A stretch of 64,000 nt of DNA. Origin: Herbaspirillum sp. GTDB lineage: Bacteria; Pseudomonadota; Gammaproteobacteria; Burkholderiales; Burkholderiaceae_D. The stretch lies in NCBI GenBank assembly GCA_028292625.1, contig JAQGLY010000088.1:43587-107586 (forward strand). The letters run 5' to 3'. The translations under genes were made by a program, and so were the position numbers. The notes under the pieces are model-generated. The model ran no database searches and was not told the DNA's origin. It worked only from the letters and a program-made list of their open reading frames with translations. Shown in pieces: positions 32,229 through 43,306 of this stretch (its first letter is position 1; each line of letters begins with the position of its first letter).

Positions 32229-32641
32229 ATCTATCTTTCGTAAAAAACAACGTCCGGCTGTGCAAATGCGCAGGACGCAAAATAGCAACGCCAACCAAAA
32301 ACGAAATGACTATCGAAGAAATTTCGGCACAAAAGCTTTGCGCCGGGACGGTGTCAGGAGCGACACACAAAAGGCGGGAGGGCTTTTACAACACAATGTC
32401 CGTCAGAACATGCTAAGGCTTGCGATGCTGCTATCCGATCATGGGCTGCCATCGGGCGACGGCAGTTGAATCGGCATATGTACGTTGTATTGCAACGCAC
32501 AAACCGGATGATACATTAGTTCCCGATGGATTGCACTAATACTCGGCGAAATTTGACGCCGGAGGGCGCTTGCTGCATCGGATTGGTGCGGCGGCGCACT
32601 ATGCGGCAGCATGCCGCCGCCGCGCGCCTACGGGCAAATAC

Positions 32642-33424
32642 TTACTCGGCGATGCCGCCGACGACGCGCGAGAAACCGCCATCGACATAAGTGATTTCGC
32701 CGGTGATGCCGCCGGCCAGATCGGACAGCAGGAAGGCGGCGGTATTGCCCACGTCCTCCTGCGTTACATTGCGGCGCAGTGGAGCGTTGGCGGCGACGAA
32801 ACCGAGGATCTTGCCGAATCCCTTGATGCCGCTGGCGGCCAGCGTCCTGATCGGACCGGCCGAGATGCCGTTGACGCGGATGCCTTTCGGGCCCAGCGAT
32901 TCGGCCAGATAACGCACGCTGGCTTCCAGCGACGCCTTGGCCAGACCCATGGTGTTGTAGTTCGGGACCACGCGGTCCGAGCCGAGATAGGTCAGCGTCA
33001 CCAGCGCCGATTTTTCACGCAGCAGCGGCAGCGCCGCCTTGGCCATCGCCGGAAAACTGTAGGCGGAGATATCGTGCGCGATCTTGAAATTTTCGCGCGA
33101 CAGCCCGTCCAGGAAATCGCCGGCAATCGCTTCGGACGGCGCAAAGCCGATCGCATGCACCAGCCCGTCGAGCCGGTCCCACGATTTGCCCAGGTCGGCG
33201 AACAGTGCGTCGATCTGCTCGTCGCTGCCGACGTCGCAATCGAATATCAGCGAACTGCCGAATTCCTCGGCGAATTTGGTGATGCGCTCCTTGAAGCGTT
33301 CGCCGACATAGGTAAACGCCAGCTCGGCGCCTTCGCGTTTGCATGCTTCGGCAATGCCGTAGGCGATGGAACGATTCGACAGCAGGCCGGTGATCAGGAT
33401 TTTTTTACCTTGCAGAAATGCCAT
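32642..33424 (-). CDS. fabI: enoyl-[acyl-carrier-protein] reductase (NADH), FabI
   Basis: 260 aa from ATG 33424 ([25 protein letters not shown]...). The rest is canonical FabI ([23 protein letters not shown]). Confidence 0.95.
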   Translation of the reverse strand: MAFLQGKKILITGLLSNRSIAYGIAEACKREGAELAFTYVGERFKERITKFAEEFGSSLIFDCDVGSDEQIDALFADLGKSWDRLDGLVHAIGFAPSEAIAGDFLDGLSRENFKIAHDISAYSFPAMAKAALPLLREKSALVTLTYLGSDRVVPNYNTMGLAKASLEASVRYLAESLGPKGIRVNGISAGPIRTLAASGIKGFGKILGFVAANAPLRRNVTQEDVGNTAAFLLSDLAGGITGEITYVDGGFSRVVGGIAE

Positions 33425-33692
33425 AAAGACTCCGAGTGTTTGGTGTTGCGCATGGTTGCCGCAGCCGATCGGTAGCGGAGCCGGCGCGATGGAAATTGCC
33501 CAGATTGTAGGGGCTTGTGATGAGGAGGGCAACTTTTCGGAAGAAGCCTGCCGCATAAGAGGTGGGGAATGGTTAAAACTCTTAAATTATTTGTACAAAT
33601 GTCTTATTCAAATATGGGTAGTGATATCTCCTTTGTGTACAATCCATTAACTCTCCGGCGGTTCCAATCGCAATTTCCTCGAATTCGGGTGC

Positions 33693-35507
33693 ATGGTCAG
33701 AATCGTTTATTCCATCCTGCTGGCGGCGCTGATCTGGCCCGGCGCGGCGCCCAGCGCGCAGGCCGCCCATGCCTTTTCGCTGTACGGCACGCCCAAATAT
33801 CCGCCCGGCTTCACGCATTTCGATTACGTCAATCCGGATGCCCCCAAGGACGGCGAGCTGTATCTGGCCAATCCCGATCGCCGCACCAGTTTCGATAAAT
33901 TCAATCCGTTCTCGCTCAAAGGCGTCTCCGCCGCCGGCGTCGATGCGCTGATGTTCGAAACGCTGGCCGTCGGCAGCGCCGATGAAGTGACCACGATGTA
34001 CGGCCTGCTGGCCGACGATATGGCGCTGGCGCCGGACCGCATGGCGATGAGCTTTCATATCAATCCCAAGGCGCGTTTCAATAACGGCGACCCGGTCACC
34101 GCCGCCGACGTCAAGTATTCCTACGATACCTTGCTGGCCTACGGCATGCCGCAGTTCAAGTCGATGTTTGCCGACGTCAGGCAATGCGTGGTGGTGGATG
34201 CGCAGACCGTGCGTTTCGATTTCAAAACCAAAAATCACGAATTGCCGCTGATTGTCGGCGGGGTGCCGGTGTTTTCCCGCAAATGGGCGCCCGGCGTGCG
34301 TTTCGATAATATTCAACTGACGCCGCCGATCGCCAGCGGCCCGTATCTGATCGATAGCTTCGTCGCCGGGCGCACGATTGTTTACAGGCGCAATCCGGCG
34401 TACTGGGGAAGCAATATTCCTTCGCGCAAGGGTATGTATAACTTTGCGCGCATTCAGTATCGTTTTTATTCGGACGATGTGGCGCGGCTGGAAGCGTTCA
34501 AGGCCGGCGAATTCGATGTGGTGGTGGAATACAGCGCCAAGAATTGGGTGCGTAGTTACAAGGGCTCGAAGTTCGATAGCGGCGCCCTGGTCAAGCGCGA
34601 ATTTCCGCATTCGAACGGGGCCGGCATGCAGGGTTTCGTGATGAATTTGCGGCGGCCTCAATTCCGCGACGTGCGGGTGCGCCGGGCCCTGATTCTCGCG
34701 CTCGATTTCGAATGGCTGAACCGGCAGCTGTTCTACGGCCAGTACAAGCGTGTCTATTCCTACTTCAACAACAGCGAGATGGCCGCGACCGCGGCGCCGC
34801 AGGGAGCCGAGCTGGCCTTGCTGCATTCGCTGCAGGCCTCGGGCGTGAAATTCGATCCCGAGGTCTTCGGGCCGCCGCCGGTACAGCCGAGCACCACGCC
34901 GCCGTCGTCGCTGCGCGCCAATCTGTTGCAGGCGCGCAGCCTGCTGGAACAGGCCGGCTGGACCTATCGCGACGGCGCCTTGCGCAATGCCGCGGGCGAA
35001 CAGTTCCACTTTGAAATCATGGACGATGCCGGTCCGATGGGGCGGATCATCGCCGCGTATGTGCGCAATCTGCAAAAGCTCGGCATTGCGGTCGACCAGC
35101 GCACCGTCGACTACGCATTGCAGGCCAAGCGCATGGACAGTTTCGATTTCGATATGACCAGTCTGCGCCTGCCGGACATCGCCAGTCCCGGCAATGAGAT
35201 GTTCGATATGTTCGGCTCCAAGGCGGCCGATCAGCAGGGATCGAACAATGTATGGGGACTGCAGGATCCCGCGGTCGACCGCATCGTCGAGGCGCTGGTG
35301 GCCGCGGATACGCGCCCGGCGCTGGACGCGGCGGCGCGCGCGCTGGATCGGGTATTGCTGCATAAGGCGATCACCGTGCCGCAATGGTATTCGTCGACGC
35401 ACAGGATCGCCTATGCCAGGCGCTTCGGCATGCCGGCCAAGTTGCCGCTGTATTACCAGGCCGATTCGTATGTCATCTCGACCTGGTGGCAGACCAGGCC
35501 GAGGTAA
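33693..35507 (+). CDS. yejA: ABC importer substrate-binding protein, family 5, YejA-like
   Basis: 604 aa with a signal peptide. Length, sequence (FDKFNPFSLKG, NxxFDFDM) and the downstream B-E-F gene order all match YejA. Confidence 0.85.
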   Translation: MVRIVYSILLAALIWPGAAPSAQAAHAFSLYGTPKYPPGFTHFDYVNPDAPKDGELYLANPDRRTSFDKFNPFSLKGVSAAGVDALMFETLAVGSADEVTTMYGLLADDMALAPDRMAMSFHINPKARFNNGDPVTAADVKYSYDTLLAYGMPQFKSMFADVRQCVVVDAQTVRFDFKTKNHELPLIVGGVPVFSRKWAPGVRFDNIQLTPPIASGPYLIDSFVAGRTIVYRRNPAYWGSNIPSRKGMYNFARIQYRFYSDDVARLEAFKAGEFDVVVEYSAKNWVRSYKGSKFDSGALVKREFPHSNGAGMQGFVMNLRRPQFRDVRVRRALILALDFEWLNRQLFYGQYKRVYSYFNNSEMAATAAPQGAELALLHSLQASGVKFDPEVFGPPPVQPSTTPPSSLRANLLQARSLLEQAGWTYRDGALRNAAGEQFHFEIMDDAGPMGRIIAAYVRNLQKLGIAVDQRTVDYALQAKRMDSFDFDMTSLRLPDIASPGNEMFDMFGSKAADQQGSNNVWGLQDPAVDRIVEALVAADTRPALDAAARALDRVLLHKAITVPQWYSSTHRIAYARRFGMPAKLPLYYQADSYVISTWWQTRPR

Positions 35508-35541
35508 TTGAAAAAACCATGATGAAGAGCTCGCCTATCTG

Positions 35542-36594
35542 ATGAATATCTGGTCATACATATTGAAGCGCGTACTGCTGATGATCCCGACCCTGATCGG
35601 CGTGATCGCGATCACCTTCGCGGTGATTCAATTCGTGCCGGGCGGCCCGGTCGAGCAATTGCTGCTGGAAATGAAAGGCCGCAACAGCGGCGGCGAGGTC
35701 GCCTCGGGCAACGCGCAGTATCGCGGCCGGCAGGGCGTGGATGCCGAGCAGCTCAAGGAGATCAAGGCGCTGTACGGCTTCGACAAGCCGGTCGGCGAAC
35801 GTTTCTGGCAAATGTTGAAAGGGTTTGCGCGTTTCGATCTGGGCAAAAGTTTTTATCATCACGGCGACGTCTGGACGCTGGTGGTGTCCAAAATGCCGGT
35901 GTCGATCACGATAGGCTTGTGGACCTTTTTCCTGACCTATCTGATTTCGATTCCGCTGGGCATCGCCAAGGCGGTGCGCGACGGCAGCCGTTTCGATTCC
36001 GTCAGCGGCGCGGTGGTACTGATCGGCTATTCGATTCCCGGTTTCGTGCTGGGCGTGTTTTTGCTGGTAATGTTCGGCGGCGGCAGCGTGGTGCAGTGGT
36101 TTCCGCTGCGCGGCCTGACCTCGGACAATTGGAGCAGTTTGTCGACCATGGGGAAAGTGACAGACTACCTGTGGCATATCACGCTGCCGATCACGGCGTC
36201 GGTGGCCGGCGCGTTCGCGGTGATGACGATGCTGACCAAAAACACCTTTCTGGAAGAAATCCGGAAACAGTATGTGATGACCGCGCGCGCCAAGGGATTG
36301 AGCGAACGCGCGGTGTTGTACAAGCACGTGTTCCGCAATGCGCTGATTCCGCTGGTGACCGGTTTTCCGGCGGCTTTCGTCGGCGCCTTTTTTGCCGGCA
36401 GCCTGCTGATCGAAACCCTGTTTTCGCTCGATGGACTGGGCCTGCTGTCGTATGAGTCGGTGATCCGGCGCGATTATCCGGTGGTGATGGGAACGCTGTA
36501 TTTGTTTACGCTGATCGGATTGGTGGTGAAACTGATCGGCGATCTTTGCTATATCTGGGTCGATCCGCGCGTACAGTTCGAAAGTCTGGCATGA
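35542..36594 (+). CDS. yejB: ABC importer permease, YejB-like
   Basis: 350 aa. DppB/OppB-type permease with the EAA loop (YVMTARAKGLSERAVLYKHVFRNA). Confidence 0.88.
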   Translation: MNIWSYILKRVLLMIPTLIGVIAITFAVIQFVPGGPVEQLLLEMKGRNSGGEVASGNAQYRGRQGVDAEQLKEIKALYGFDKPVGERFWQMLKGFARFDLGKSFYHHGDVWTLVVSKMPVSITIGLWTFFLTYLISIPLGIAKAVRDGSRFDSVSGAVVLIGYSIPGFVLGVFLLVMFGGGSVVQWFPLRGLTSDNWSSLSTMGKVTDYLWHITLPITASVAGAFAVMTMLTKNTFLEEIRKQYVMTARAKGLSERAVLYKHVFRNALIPLVTGFPAAFVGAFFAGSLLIETLFSLDGLGLLSYESVIRRDYPVVMGTLYLFTLIGLVVKLIGDLCYIWVDPRVQFESLA

Positions 36595-37691
36595 GCGTTC
36601 TTATCCAGCCGCCGCCGTTGCCGCCGCAGACATCGCCATCGGCATTCGCGCCGGAGCCGGGCGCCGCGGCCACGATTTCGCCGGGCCGCGCGCTGTGGTT
36701 CAGCTTTAAAAAGAGCCGCAGCGGTTATTGGAGCCTGGTAATTTTCTCGATTCTGTTCGTCGTCAGCATGCTGGCCGAACTGGTGTCGAACGACAAGCCC
36801 CTGATCGCGCGTTACAACGGCGAAATCGTATTCCCGATCTTCTCTGATTTCTCCGAAAAGCGCTTCGGCGGCGATTTCGACTCGCCGGCCGATTATCACG
36901 ATCCGTTTATCCGCGATCAATTCAGAAAAAACGGCAACTGGGCCGTGTATCCGCCGAACCGGTATCGCTTCGATACGCTGAACTACTTCTCCGCGGCGCC
37001 CAATCCGGCGCCGCCGTCGGCGGACAATTGGCTGGGCACCGACGACCGCGGGCGCGACGTGTTTGCGCGGCTGTTGTACGGATTCCGGATCTCGGTATTG
37101 TTCGGTCTCGCGCTGACCCTGACTGGCGTCGCGCTGGGCGTGCTGACCGGCGCGGTGCAGGGGTATTTCGCCGGCTATACCGATCTGTTTTTCCAGCGCT
37201 TCATGGAAATCTGGGGCGCGATGCCCGAGTTGTATCTGCTGATTATTTTTTCGTCGATTTTCGAGCCCGGCCTCGGCCTGCTGCTGATCCTGCTGTCGCT
37301 GTTCGGCTGGATGGGCCTGTCCGATTACGTGCGCGCCGATTTCCTGCGCAACCGCAATCTGGAATATGTGCAGGCCGGCCGCGCGCTGGGGCTGTCGAAT
37401 ACCCAGATCATCTGGCGGCACGTATTGCCCAACAGCCTGACCTCGGTGGTGACCTTCCTGCCGTTCCGCATGAGCGGGGCCATCCTGGCGCTGACCAGCC
37501 TCGATTTTCTGGGTTTGGGGGTGCCGCCGTCGACGCCCAGTCTGGGCGAGTTGCTGGCGCAGGGGAAAAATAATATGGACGCGTGGTGGATTGCATTGTC
37601 GACCTTTATCGTGCTGACCGTCACTTTGCTGCTGTTGACCAATATCGGCGATGCGCTGCGCAATGCGCTCGATGTCAGGAGGCGCGCATGA
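36591..37691 (+). CDS. yejE: ABC importer permease, YejE-like
   Basis: 366 aa from ATG 36591 (ATGA overlap). DppC/OppC-type permease (WLGTDDRGRDVFARLLYG, YVQAGRALGLSNTQIIWRHVLPN). Confidence 0.88.
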   Translation: MSVLIQPPPLPPQTSPSAFAPEPGAAATISPGRALWFSFKKSRSGYWSLVIFSILFVVSMLAELVSNDKPLIARYNGEIVFPIFSDFSEKRFGGDFDSPADYHDPFIRDQFRKNGNWAVYPPNRYRFDTLNYFSAAPNPAPPSADNWLGTDDRGRDVFARLLYGFRISVLFGLALTLTGVALGVLTGAVQGYFAGYTDLFFQRFMEIWGAMPELYLLIIFSSIFEPGLGLLLILLSLFGWMGLSDYVRADFLRNRNLEYVQAGRALGLSNTQIIWRHVLPNSLTSVVTFLPFRMSGAILALTSLDFLGLGVPPSTPSLGELLAQGKNNMDAWWIALSTFIVLTVTLLLLTNIGDALRNALDVRRRA

Positions 37692-39313
37692 GCGGGCCGA
37701 ATCTGCTGGACGTCAGGAACCTGTCGATCGCTTTCGGCGCCGCCAAGGTGGCGCAGGATGTCAGTTTCACGATAGCGCCCGGCGAGAAACTGGCGCTGGT
37801 CGGCGAATCCGGTTCCGGCAAAACGGTCACCGCGCTGTCGTTGCTGCAGCTCAATCACGACGCCGTTTACGGTGGCGAAATCCGGTTCGACGGCAAGAAT
37901 TTGCTGAGCTTGTCCGAGCGCGCGATGCGCGGGGTGCGCGGCAACGACATCGCGATGATTTTTCAGGAGCCGATGACGGCGCTCAATCCGCTGTTCAGCA
38001 TAGGCAATCAGATCGCCGAAGTGCTGCGGCTGCATCAGGGACTGAGCAATCGCGCCGCGGCGCTGCGCACCGTCGAACTGCTGGCGCAGACCGGTATTGA
38101 CGAACCGGCCCGCCGCGCCGCCGCGTTCCCGCATCAATTGTCCGGCGGCCAGCGGCAGCGGGCGATGATCGCCATGGCGCTGGCCTGCCGTCCCAAGTTG
38201 CTGATCGCCGATGAGCCGACCACGGCGCTGGACGTGACGATTCAGGTGCAGATTCTGGAATTGCTGAATCGACTGCAGCGCGAAGAGAACATGGCGGTGC
38301 TGATCATCTCGCACGATTTGAATCTGGTGCGGCATTTTGCCGACCGGGTCGGCGTGATGGCGAACGGACGTCTGATCGAAACCGCGCCCAGCGCCGCATT
38401 GTTCGCCAATCCGCGGGAAGAATACACGCGCAAGCTGCTGGCCAGCCGGCCGCGGCGCATGGTCGACGAAGCAGCCGGCAAGGCGGCCGATCCGACGCCG
38501 TTGCTGAACGCGCAAGCGCTGCGCTGCACCTTCGCCATCCGGCGCGGCTGGTTGCGCAAGCAAACTTTCGTCGCCGTCGACGCCGCCGATGTGACCTTGC
38601 CGCGCGGGGCCACGCTGGGAATCGTCGGCGAATCCGGCTCCGGCAAGTCGACGCTGGGCATGGCGCTGTTGCGTTTATCGCCGGCGACGGTGCAGGGGCG
38701 GATCAGCTTCGACGGGCATCGGCTGGACAGCATGTCCAGCGCCGCCATCCGGCCATTGCGCATCGGCATGCAGGTCGTGTTTCAGGACCCGTTCGCATCG
38801 CTGTCGCCGCGCCGGACCGTCGAACAGATCGTCGGCGAAGGCCTGGCGCTGCATCAGCCGCAACTGAATCTGGCCGAACGGCGCGCGGCGATCGTCGAAG
38901 CATTGCGCGAAGTCGGGCTGGAAGCCGATATTCTGGTGCGTTACCCGCATGCATTTTCGGGCGGCCAGCGCCAGCGCATCGCGATTGCGCGCGCGCTGGC
39001 GCTGAAGCCGGCGCTGCTATTGCTGGACGAGCCGACCTCGTCATTGGATGTGTCGGTGCAGCAGCAGGTATTGAACCTGCTGGCGCAATTGCAGCGCAAG
39101 CACGGGATGTCCTATCTGTTCATCAGCCACGACCTGGCGGTGATCCGCGCCATGGCGCATCAGGTGCTGGTGATGAAGGACGGCAAAGTGGTCGAGCGGG
39201 GAGCGGTGGAAACGGTGCTGGATCGGCCGCAACACCCTTATACGCAAAGGCTGCTGGCGGCGTCCATGTACGCCGGGAACGGCATCGGCAAAGATCTGCC
39301 GACCGATTCGTAG
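37688..39313 (+). CDS. yejF: ABC importer ATPase with two fused NBDs, YejF-like
   Basis: 541 aa from ATG 37688 (ATGA overlap). Two complete NBDs: GESGSGKT twice, LSGGQRQR and FSGGQRQR. Confidence 0.9.
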   Translation: MSGPNLLDVRNLSIAFGAAKVAQDVSFTIAPGEKLALVGESGSGKTVTALSLLQLNHDAVYGGEIRFDGKNLLSLSERAMRGVRGNDIAMIFQEPMTALNPLFSIGNQIAEVLRLHQGLSNRAAALRTVELLAQTGIDEPARRAAAFPHQLSGGQRQRAMIAMALACRPKLLIADEPTTALDVTIQVQILELLNRLQREENMAVLIISHDLNLVRHFADRVGVMANGRLIETAPSAALFANPREEYTRKLLASRPRRMVDEAAGKAADPTPLLNAQALRCTFAIRRGWLRKQTFVAVDAADVTLPRGATLGIVGESGSGKSTLGMALLRLSPATVQGRISFDGHRLDSMSSAAIRPLRIGMQVVFQDPFASLSPRRTVEQIVGEGLALHQPQLNLAERRAAIVEALREVGLEADILVRYPHAFSGGQRQRIAIARALALKPALLLLDEPTSSLDVSVQQQVLNLLAQLQRKHGMSYLFISHDLAVIRAMAHQVLVMKDGKVVERGAVETVLDRPQHPYTQRLLAASMYAGNGIGKDLPTDS

Positions 39314-39316
39314 GCG

Positions 39317-40795
39317 TCAGCGGATAGTGTATCTGCGGGCCTGCACCCGGATCGGCGTCGCCGTGGCGCGATGTGCGACAGTGCGTCGCCCGGCATTACG
39401 CGAGGCGCCGCTGCGGTAAGGCACGATCAATTCCAGCCGCTGTCCGAAGGACAGCGAGTCGCGGTTCAGCCGGTTCCATTCTTTCACCTGCACGATGCTG
39501 ACGTTGTAACGTCTGGCGATGCCGGCCACCGTATCGCGTCGGCCTGCCTTGACATAAATGCGTTTGGTGTCCGGTTCGTCCGGGGCGATGAACAGTTTTG
39601 CGCTCTCGGCCAGCTGCTCGGTCAGATCGGTGCCGTCGTCGGCGCCGTCGCGCATCTTCGGCACCAGAATGGTGGAACCGGCGCGCAGCACCATTTTCGG
39701 CGGGATCTGGTTGACCGCGCGGATGACTTCAGGCGAGGTGTGGAAGCGGCTGGCGATGGTTTCTATCCGTTCGCGCGCGCTGCGGACCGTATGCGCGGTC
39801 CAGGACGACAGTTCATGTGTCCAGCTGCTCAAATTGGTTTTGAATTTTTCCGCATTGCTTTCCGGCAGCAGGATTTGCGAGTCTTCGCCGCCGACGATGA
39901 CAGGCCGGTTGAATTGCGGATTGAGTGCCTTGAATTCATCCAGCGACAGCTCGGCCAGCTGCGCGGCGACCTTGACGTCGATATTGCGGGTCTTGCCGAT
40001 GGTCACGAAATAAGGCTGATTGTCGATGATCGGCAGCGCGATGTTGAAATCGGACGGGTTGGCGACGATATTCTTGACCGCCTGCAGTTTCGGATAATAG
40101 TTGCGGGTTTCGACCGGCATCAGCGGCATCAGGCTGTTGTAATCTGTCGGCAGGCCGGCGGCTTGCTGTTTCTTGATCGCGCGCTGTACCGACCCTTCGC
40201 CCCAGTTGTAGGCCGCCAGCGCCAGTTGCCAGTCGCCGAACATCCCATACAGCTTCTGCAGATAGGTCAGCGCCGCATCGGTGGATGCCAGCACGTTACG
40301 GCGGTCGTCGGTGAACATGTTCTGGGTCAAATTGTAGTCCAGACCCGTGGACGGAACGAATTGCCACATGCCTGCCGCTTTGGCGGTGGAATAGGCCTCC
40401 GGATTGAAAGCCGACTCGATAAACGGCAGCAGCGCCAGTTCGGTCGGCATGCCGCGTTTTTCCAATTCTTCCACGACGTGATACAGATAACGCGAGGCAC
40501 GCGCGGTGGTGCGCTGTATATAGTCGGGCCGTGAACTGTACCAGCTGGTTTGGGCGGTGACCAGCGGACCTTCCAGATTCGGTATGCCGAAACCCTTGCG
40601 GATGCGGCCCCAGACATCGACATCGTCGATGCGCATGACCTGGGACGCATCGCCGTTGTTGGAAGATACCGCGGCGTTCAGGGAATTGAACGGGGCCGGA
40701 TAAATCGAAATATCGTTGGCTTGGGCGACGAAAGCAGGAGCCGAAAGAAGCGCACTTAGGAAAACGGGAACTAGCTTTTTCAGAATACGCTGCAT
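39317..40795 (-). CDS. mltD: lytic murein transglycosylase D-like (SLT domain + two LysM domains)
   Basis: 492 aa with a signal peptide, an SLT catalytic region (ESAFNPEAYSTAKAAGMWQF, AAYNWGEG) and two C-terminal LysM repeats. Confidence 0.9.
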   Translation of the reverse strand: MQRILKKLVPVFLSALLSAPAFVAQANDISIYPAPFNSLNAAVSSNNGDASQVMRIDDVDVWGRIRKGFGIPNLEGPLVTAQTSWYSSRPDYIQRTTARASRYLYHVVEELEKRGMPTELALLPFIESAFNPEAYSTAKAAGMWQFVPSTGLDYNLTQNMFTDDRRNVLASTDAALTYLQKLYGMFGDWQLALAAYNWGEGSVQRAIKKQQAAGLPTDYNSLMPLMPVETRNYYPKLQAVKNIVANPSDFNIALPIIDNQPYFVTIGKTRNIDVKVAAQLAELSLDEFKALNPQFNRPVIVGGEDSQILLPESNAEKFKTNLSSWTHELSSWTAHTVRSARERIETIASRFHTSPEVIRAVNQIPPKMVLRAGSTILVPKMRDGADDGTDLTEQLAESAKLFIAPDEPDTKRIYVKAGRRDTVAGIARRYNVSIVQVKEWNRLNRDSLSFGQRLELIVPYRSGASRNAGRRTVAHRATATPIRVQARRYTIR

Positions 40796-41035
40796 GGGTC
40801 GATGTCCTGTAACCGGGCTAAGTCTCCGGCAATGTAAATAAAGTAATGACGCAGTGTACGTATGCCGGATTCTTCACGTCAAGTGAAAAGACTGTTTCCA
40901 GCGGGATAAGTCCTTGATTTAGATGATAATTATCAGAAACGGATGGAATGCAAGCCGAATCCGTGACCAAGAAAACAATAAAAGAAAACCTCTCCCTAAA
41001 TGAAGACGGCAGAGGTTATCCTGAAAAGTTTCTTT

Positions 41036-41851
41036 TTAGAAAGTGTTCTTCCATTCGCGCAACGCTGTAAACGCTGCCTCCGGGCTGACGTCCTTCAAGC
41101 GGCCGCTTTGATATAGCGTTTTGCCGATGGCTATTTCCGTATACCGTAAAAACGGATTGGTTTTCCGTTCCAGCAATATATTCGACGGCACGGTCGGCTC
41201 GCCCCGGTCGCGCTTGGCTTGCTCATCGACGACGCGCTGTTGCAGCGCCGGATTGCCCGGTTCGACCGTCTGGGCAAAGCGCAGATTCGCCATCGTGTAT
41301 TCGTGCGCGCAATACACCAGCGTATCCGGCGGCAGTTCGCTGAGTTTCCTGAGGGAATCCATCATTTGGGCCGGCGTGCCTTCGAACAGCCGTCCGCATC
41401 CGGCGGCGAACAGAGTGTCGCCGCAAAACAGCCAGCCCTGCTCGGCCGCGTGATACGCGATGTGTCCAAGCGTATGGCCGGGTACGTCCAATACCGACAG
41501 TCGCAGCCCCAGTTCCGCGATCTCGACGGTATCGCCTTCGCCGACCGGGGTCGTAATGGCGGCGATCGCTTCATTAAGCGGGCCGACCACGGGGACTTTG
41601 GTATGCTGCAATAACTGGGGCACGCCGCCGACGTGGTCAGCATGATGATGTGTCAGTAAAATAGCGGCCAGCGTAAGGCCATGCCGGTCCAGCGCGGCCA
41701 GGATCGGCGCGGCATCGCCGGGATCGACAACAACCGCATGCGTGCCGTTGTGGATCAGCCACAGATAGTTATCGTTAAACGCCGGCACCGTAAGCACCTG
41801 CAATGAATTATTCGAGAAAGCGGACATAGGCTTATATGTTGGATTCGTCAT
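41036..41851 (-). CDS. gloB: hydroxyacylglutathione hydrolase (glyoxalase II)
   Basis: Metallo-beta-lactamase motif [10 protein letters not shown], then GHTLGHIAY and the C-terminal NPFLR. The start is ATG 41851 or 41827; neither has a good SD. Confidence 0.92.
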   Translation of the reverse strand: MTNPTYKPMSAFSNNSLQVLTVPAFNDNYLWLIHNGTHAVVVDPGDAAPILAALDRHGLTLAAILLTHHHADHVGGVPQLLQHTKVPVVGPLNEAIAAITTPVGEGDTVEIAELGLRLSVLDVPGHTLGHIAYHAAEQGWLFCGDTLFAAGCGRLFEGTPAQMMDSLRKLSELPPDTLVYCAHEYTMANLRFAQTVEPGNPALQQRVVDEQAKRDRGEPTVPSNILLERKTNPFLRYTEIAIGKTLYQSGRLKDVSPEAAFTALREWKNTF

Positions 41852-42771
41852 CGGGAAAAGCCATTATAGACCTTGGCGGCTGGCTGCAAACGGCGAGCGG
41901 AATTTACGTGCGCGACTGGGAAAAACAGCAGCTCAACGCATTGACCGCCGATATTTTCGGCTTCCATGCATTGCAGATCGGTCTGCCGCAAATCGCGGCG
42001 TTGCAAGCCAACCGGATGACGTTTCGATGGTTGACCGATAAGCAGGCTCCCGCAATGAAAACGAAAAAGAACGGGGACGCGGTCGAAGACTGCGGCGCCG
42101 GTAAAGCCGTTGCGTCGGCGCTTGACATTCCGGTGGTCGTGGCGCATGACTTTACCGAATTGCCGTTCGCATCGCAGAGTGTGGATCTGGTGGTATTGCC
42201 GCATCTGCTGGAGTTCTCCGCCGAGCCGCATCGCGTGCTGCGCGAAGTGGAGCGGGTGTTGATTCCGGAGGGGCAAGTGATTATCACCGGTTTCAATCCC
42301 GCCAGTTTATGGGGCATGCGGCAAGCGGCCGGACGCCTGGTCGGCGCACCGTTCCTGCCCCCCGGCGGCGAACTGATTTCCCTGTCGCGCTTGAAGGACT
42401 GGCTCAAATTGCTGAACATGGAAATCGGCCGCGGCCAGCACGGCTGTTATGCGCCGCCTTGCTCCAGCCAGCAATGGCTGCACCGTTTCGGATTCATGGA
42501 AAAGGCCGGGGCGCGCTGGTGGCCGTACTTCGGCGCGGTGTATGTGATGCGGGCGATCAAGCGGGTGCACGGCATGCGTCTGATCGGCCCGGTATGGGAC
42601 CGGCGCCGCGCCGCGTCGGCGCGGGCGGTGCCGGCCATCAATAAAGCCGGCGGTGCGCTGGCGCAGTCGCGCTTGCAGAAGGATAGGCCAAGCGGCAAAC
42701 CGGATCATAAACAAGAGAACAAACAAGACAACAAACAAAGCAGCAAGCAATTCGATAATCAATTGGAATAA
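41836..42771 (+). CDS. class I SAM-dependent methyltransferase, YafS-like, with Lys/Gln/Asn-rich C-terminal tail
   Basis: 311 aa. Its position between gloB and rnhA matches E. coli yafS. Methyltransferase-like core ([12 protein letters not shown]...[12 protein letters not shown]). The tail [14 protein letters not shown] is encoded by a 12-nt imperfect repeat. Confidence 0.8.
   Translation: MLDSSSGKAIIDLGGWLQTASGIYVRDWEKQQLNALTADIFGFHALQIGLPQIAALQANRMTFRWLTDKQAPAMKTKKNGDAVEDCGAGKAVASALDIPVVVAHDFTELPFASQSVDLVVLPHLLEFSAEPHRVLREVERVLIPEGQVIITGFNPASLWGMRQAAGRLVGAPFLPPGGELISLSRLKDWLKLLNMEIGRGQHGCYAPPCSSQQWLHRFGFMEKAGARWWPYFGAVYVMRAIKRVHGMRLIGPVWDRRRAASARAVPAINKAGGALAQSRLQKDRPSGKPDHKQENKQDNKQSSKQFDNQLE
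42709..42744 (+). repeat. three imperfect 12-nt tandem repeats (AAACAAGAGAAC / AAACAAGACAAC / AAACAAAGCAGC)
   Basis: Read directly from the sequence. In frame within the methyltransferase tail ([12 protein letters not shown]). Confidence 0.6.
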
Positions 42772-42788
42772 CAGAGAAGCAGGAACAG

Positions 42789-43223
42789 ATGGATAAAGTT
42801 GAGATTTTTACGGACGGCGCCTGCAAAGGGAATCCGGGACCGGGTGGCTGGGGTGCGTTGATGACCGCCGGCGGCCATGAAAAGGAATTGTTCGGCGGCG
42901 AACTCGCCACCACCAACAACCGCATGGAGCTGCTGGCGGTGATCGAAGCGCTGAAAGCGCTATCGCGTCCCTGCGAGGTGATCGTGCATACCGACAGCCA
43001 ATACGTGCAGAAGGGCATCAGCGAATGGATTCACGGCTGGAAGGCGCGCGGCTGGAAAACCGCGGCGCGCGCGCCGGTCAAGAATATGGATCTGTGGCAG
43101 GCGCTGGATGCGGAGCAGGCGCGGCACAAAATCGAATGGCGCTGGGTGCGCGGGCATAACGGCCACCCGGGCAACGAGCGCGCCGATGCGCTGGCCAATC
43201 TCGGCGTGGAAACCGTAATATGA
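42789..43223 (+). CDS. rnhA: ribonuclease HI
   Basis: 144 aa, canonical RNase HI ([38 protein letters not shown]...NERAD). Confidence 0.96.
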   Translation: MDKVEIFTDGACKGNPGPGGWGALMTAGGHEKELFGGELATTNNRMELLAVIEALKALSRPCEVIVHTDSQYVQKGISEWIHGWKARGWKTAARAPVKNMDLWQALDAEQARHKIEWRWVRGHNGHPGNERADALANLGVETVI

Positions 43224-43306
43224 GCGATCGCGGCTGTCGCTTAGTTGCCATTCATCGCCGTTTCGTTTGCTTCGCGCGCATTTAACTTTGACAGGAATTC
43301 ATCTTC

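Noticed and set aside
33593-33641. Two TGTACA palindromes 43 bp apart in the fabI / yejA divergent region, considered as an operator pair
   Set aside because: These are only 6-bp palindromes in an AT-rich spacer. I could not tie them to any known regulator motif, so the evidence is too weak to call.
33582-35402. 606-aa minus-strand ORF over yejA
   Set aside because: It is antisense to a family-5 substrate-binding protein gene with a signal peptide. The composition is typical off-frame (Arg/His/Gln/Gly).
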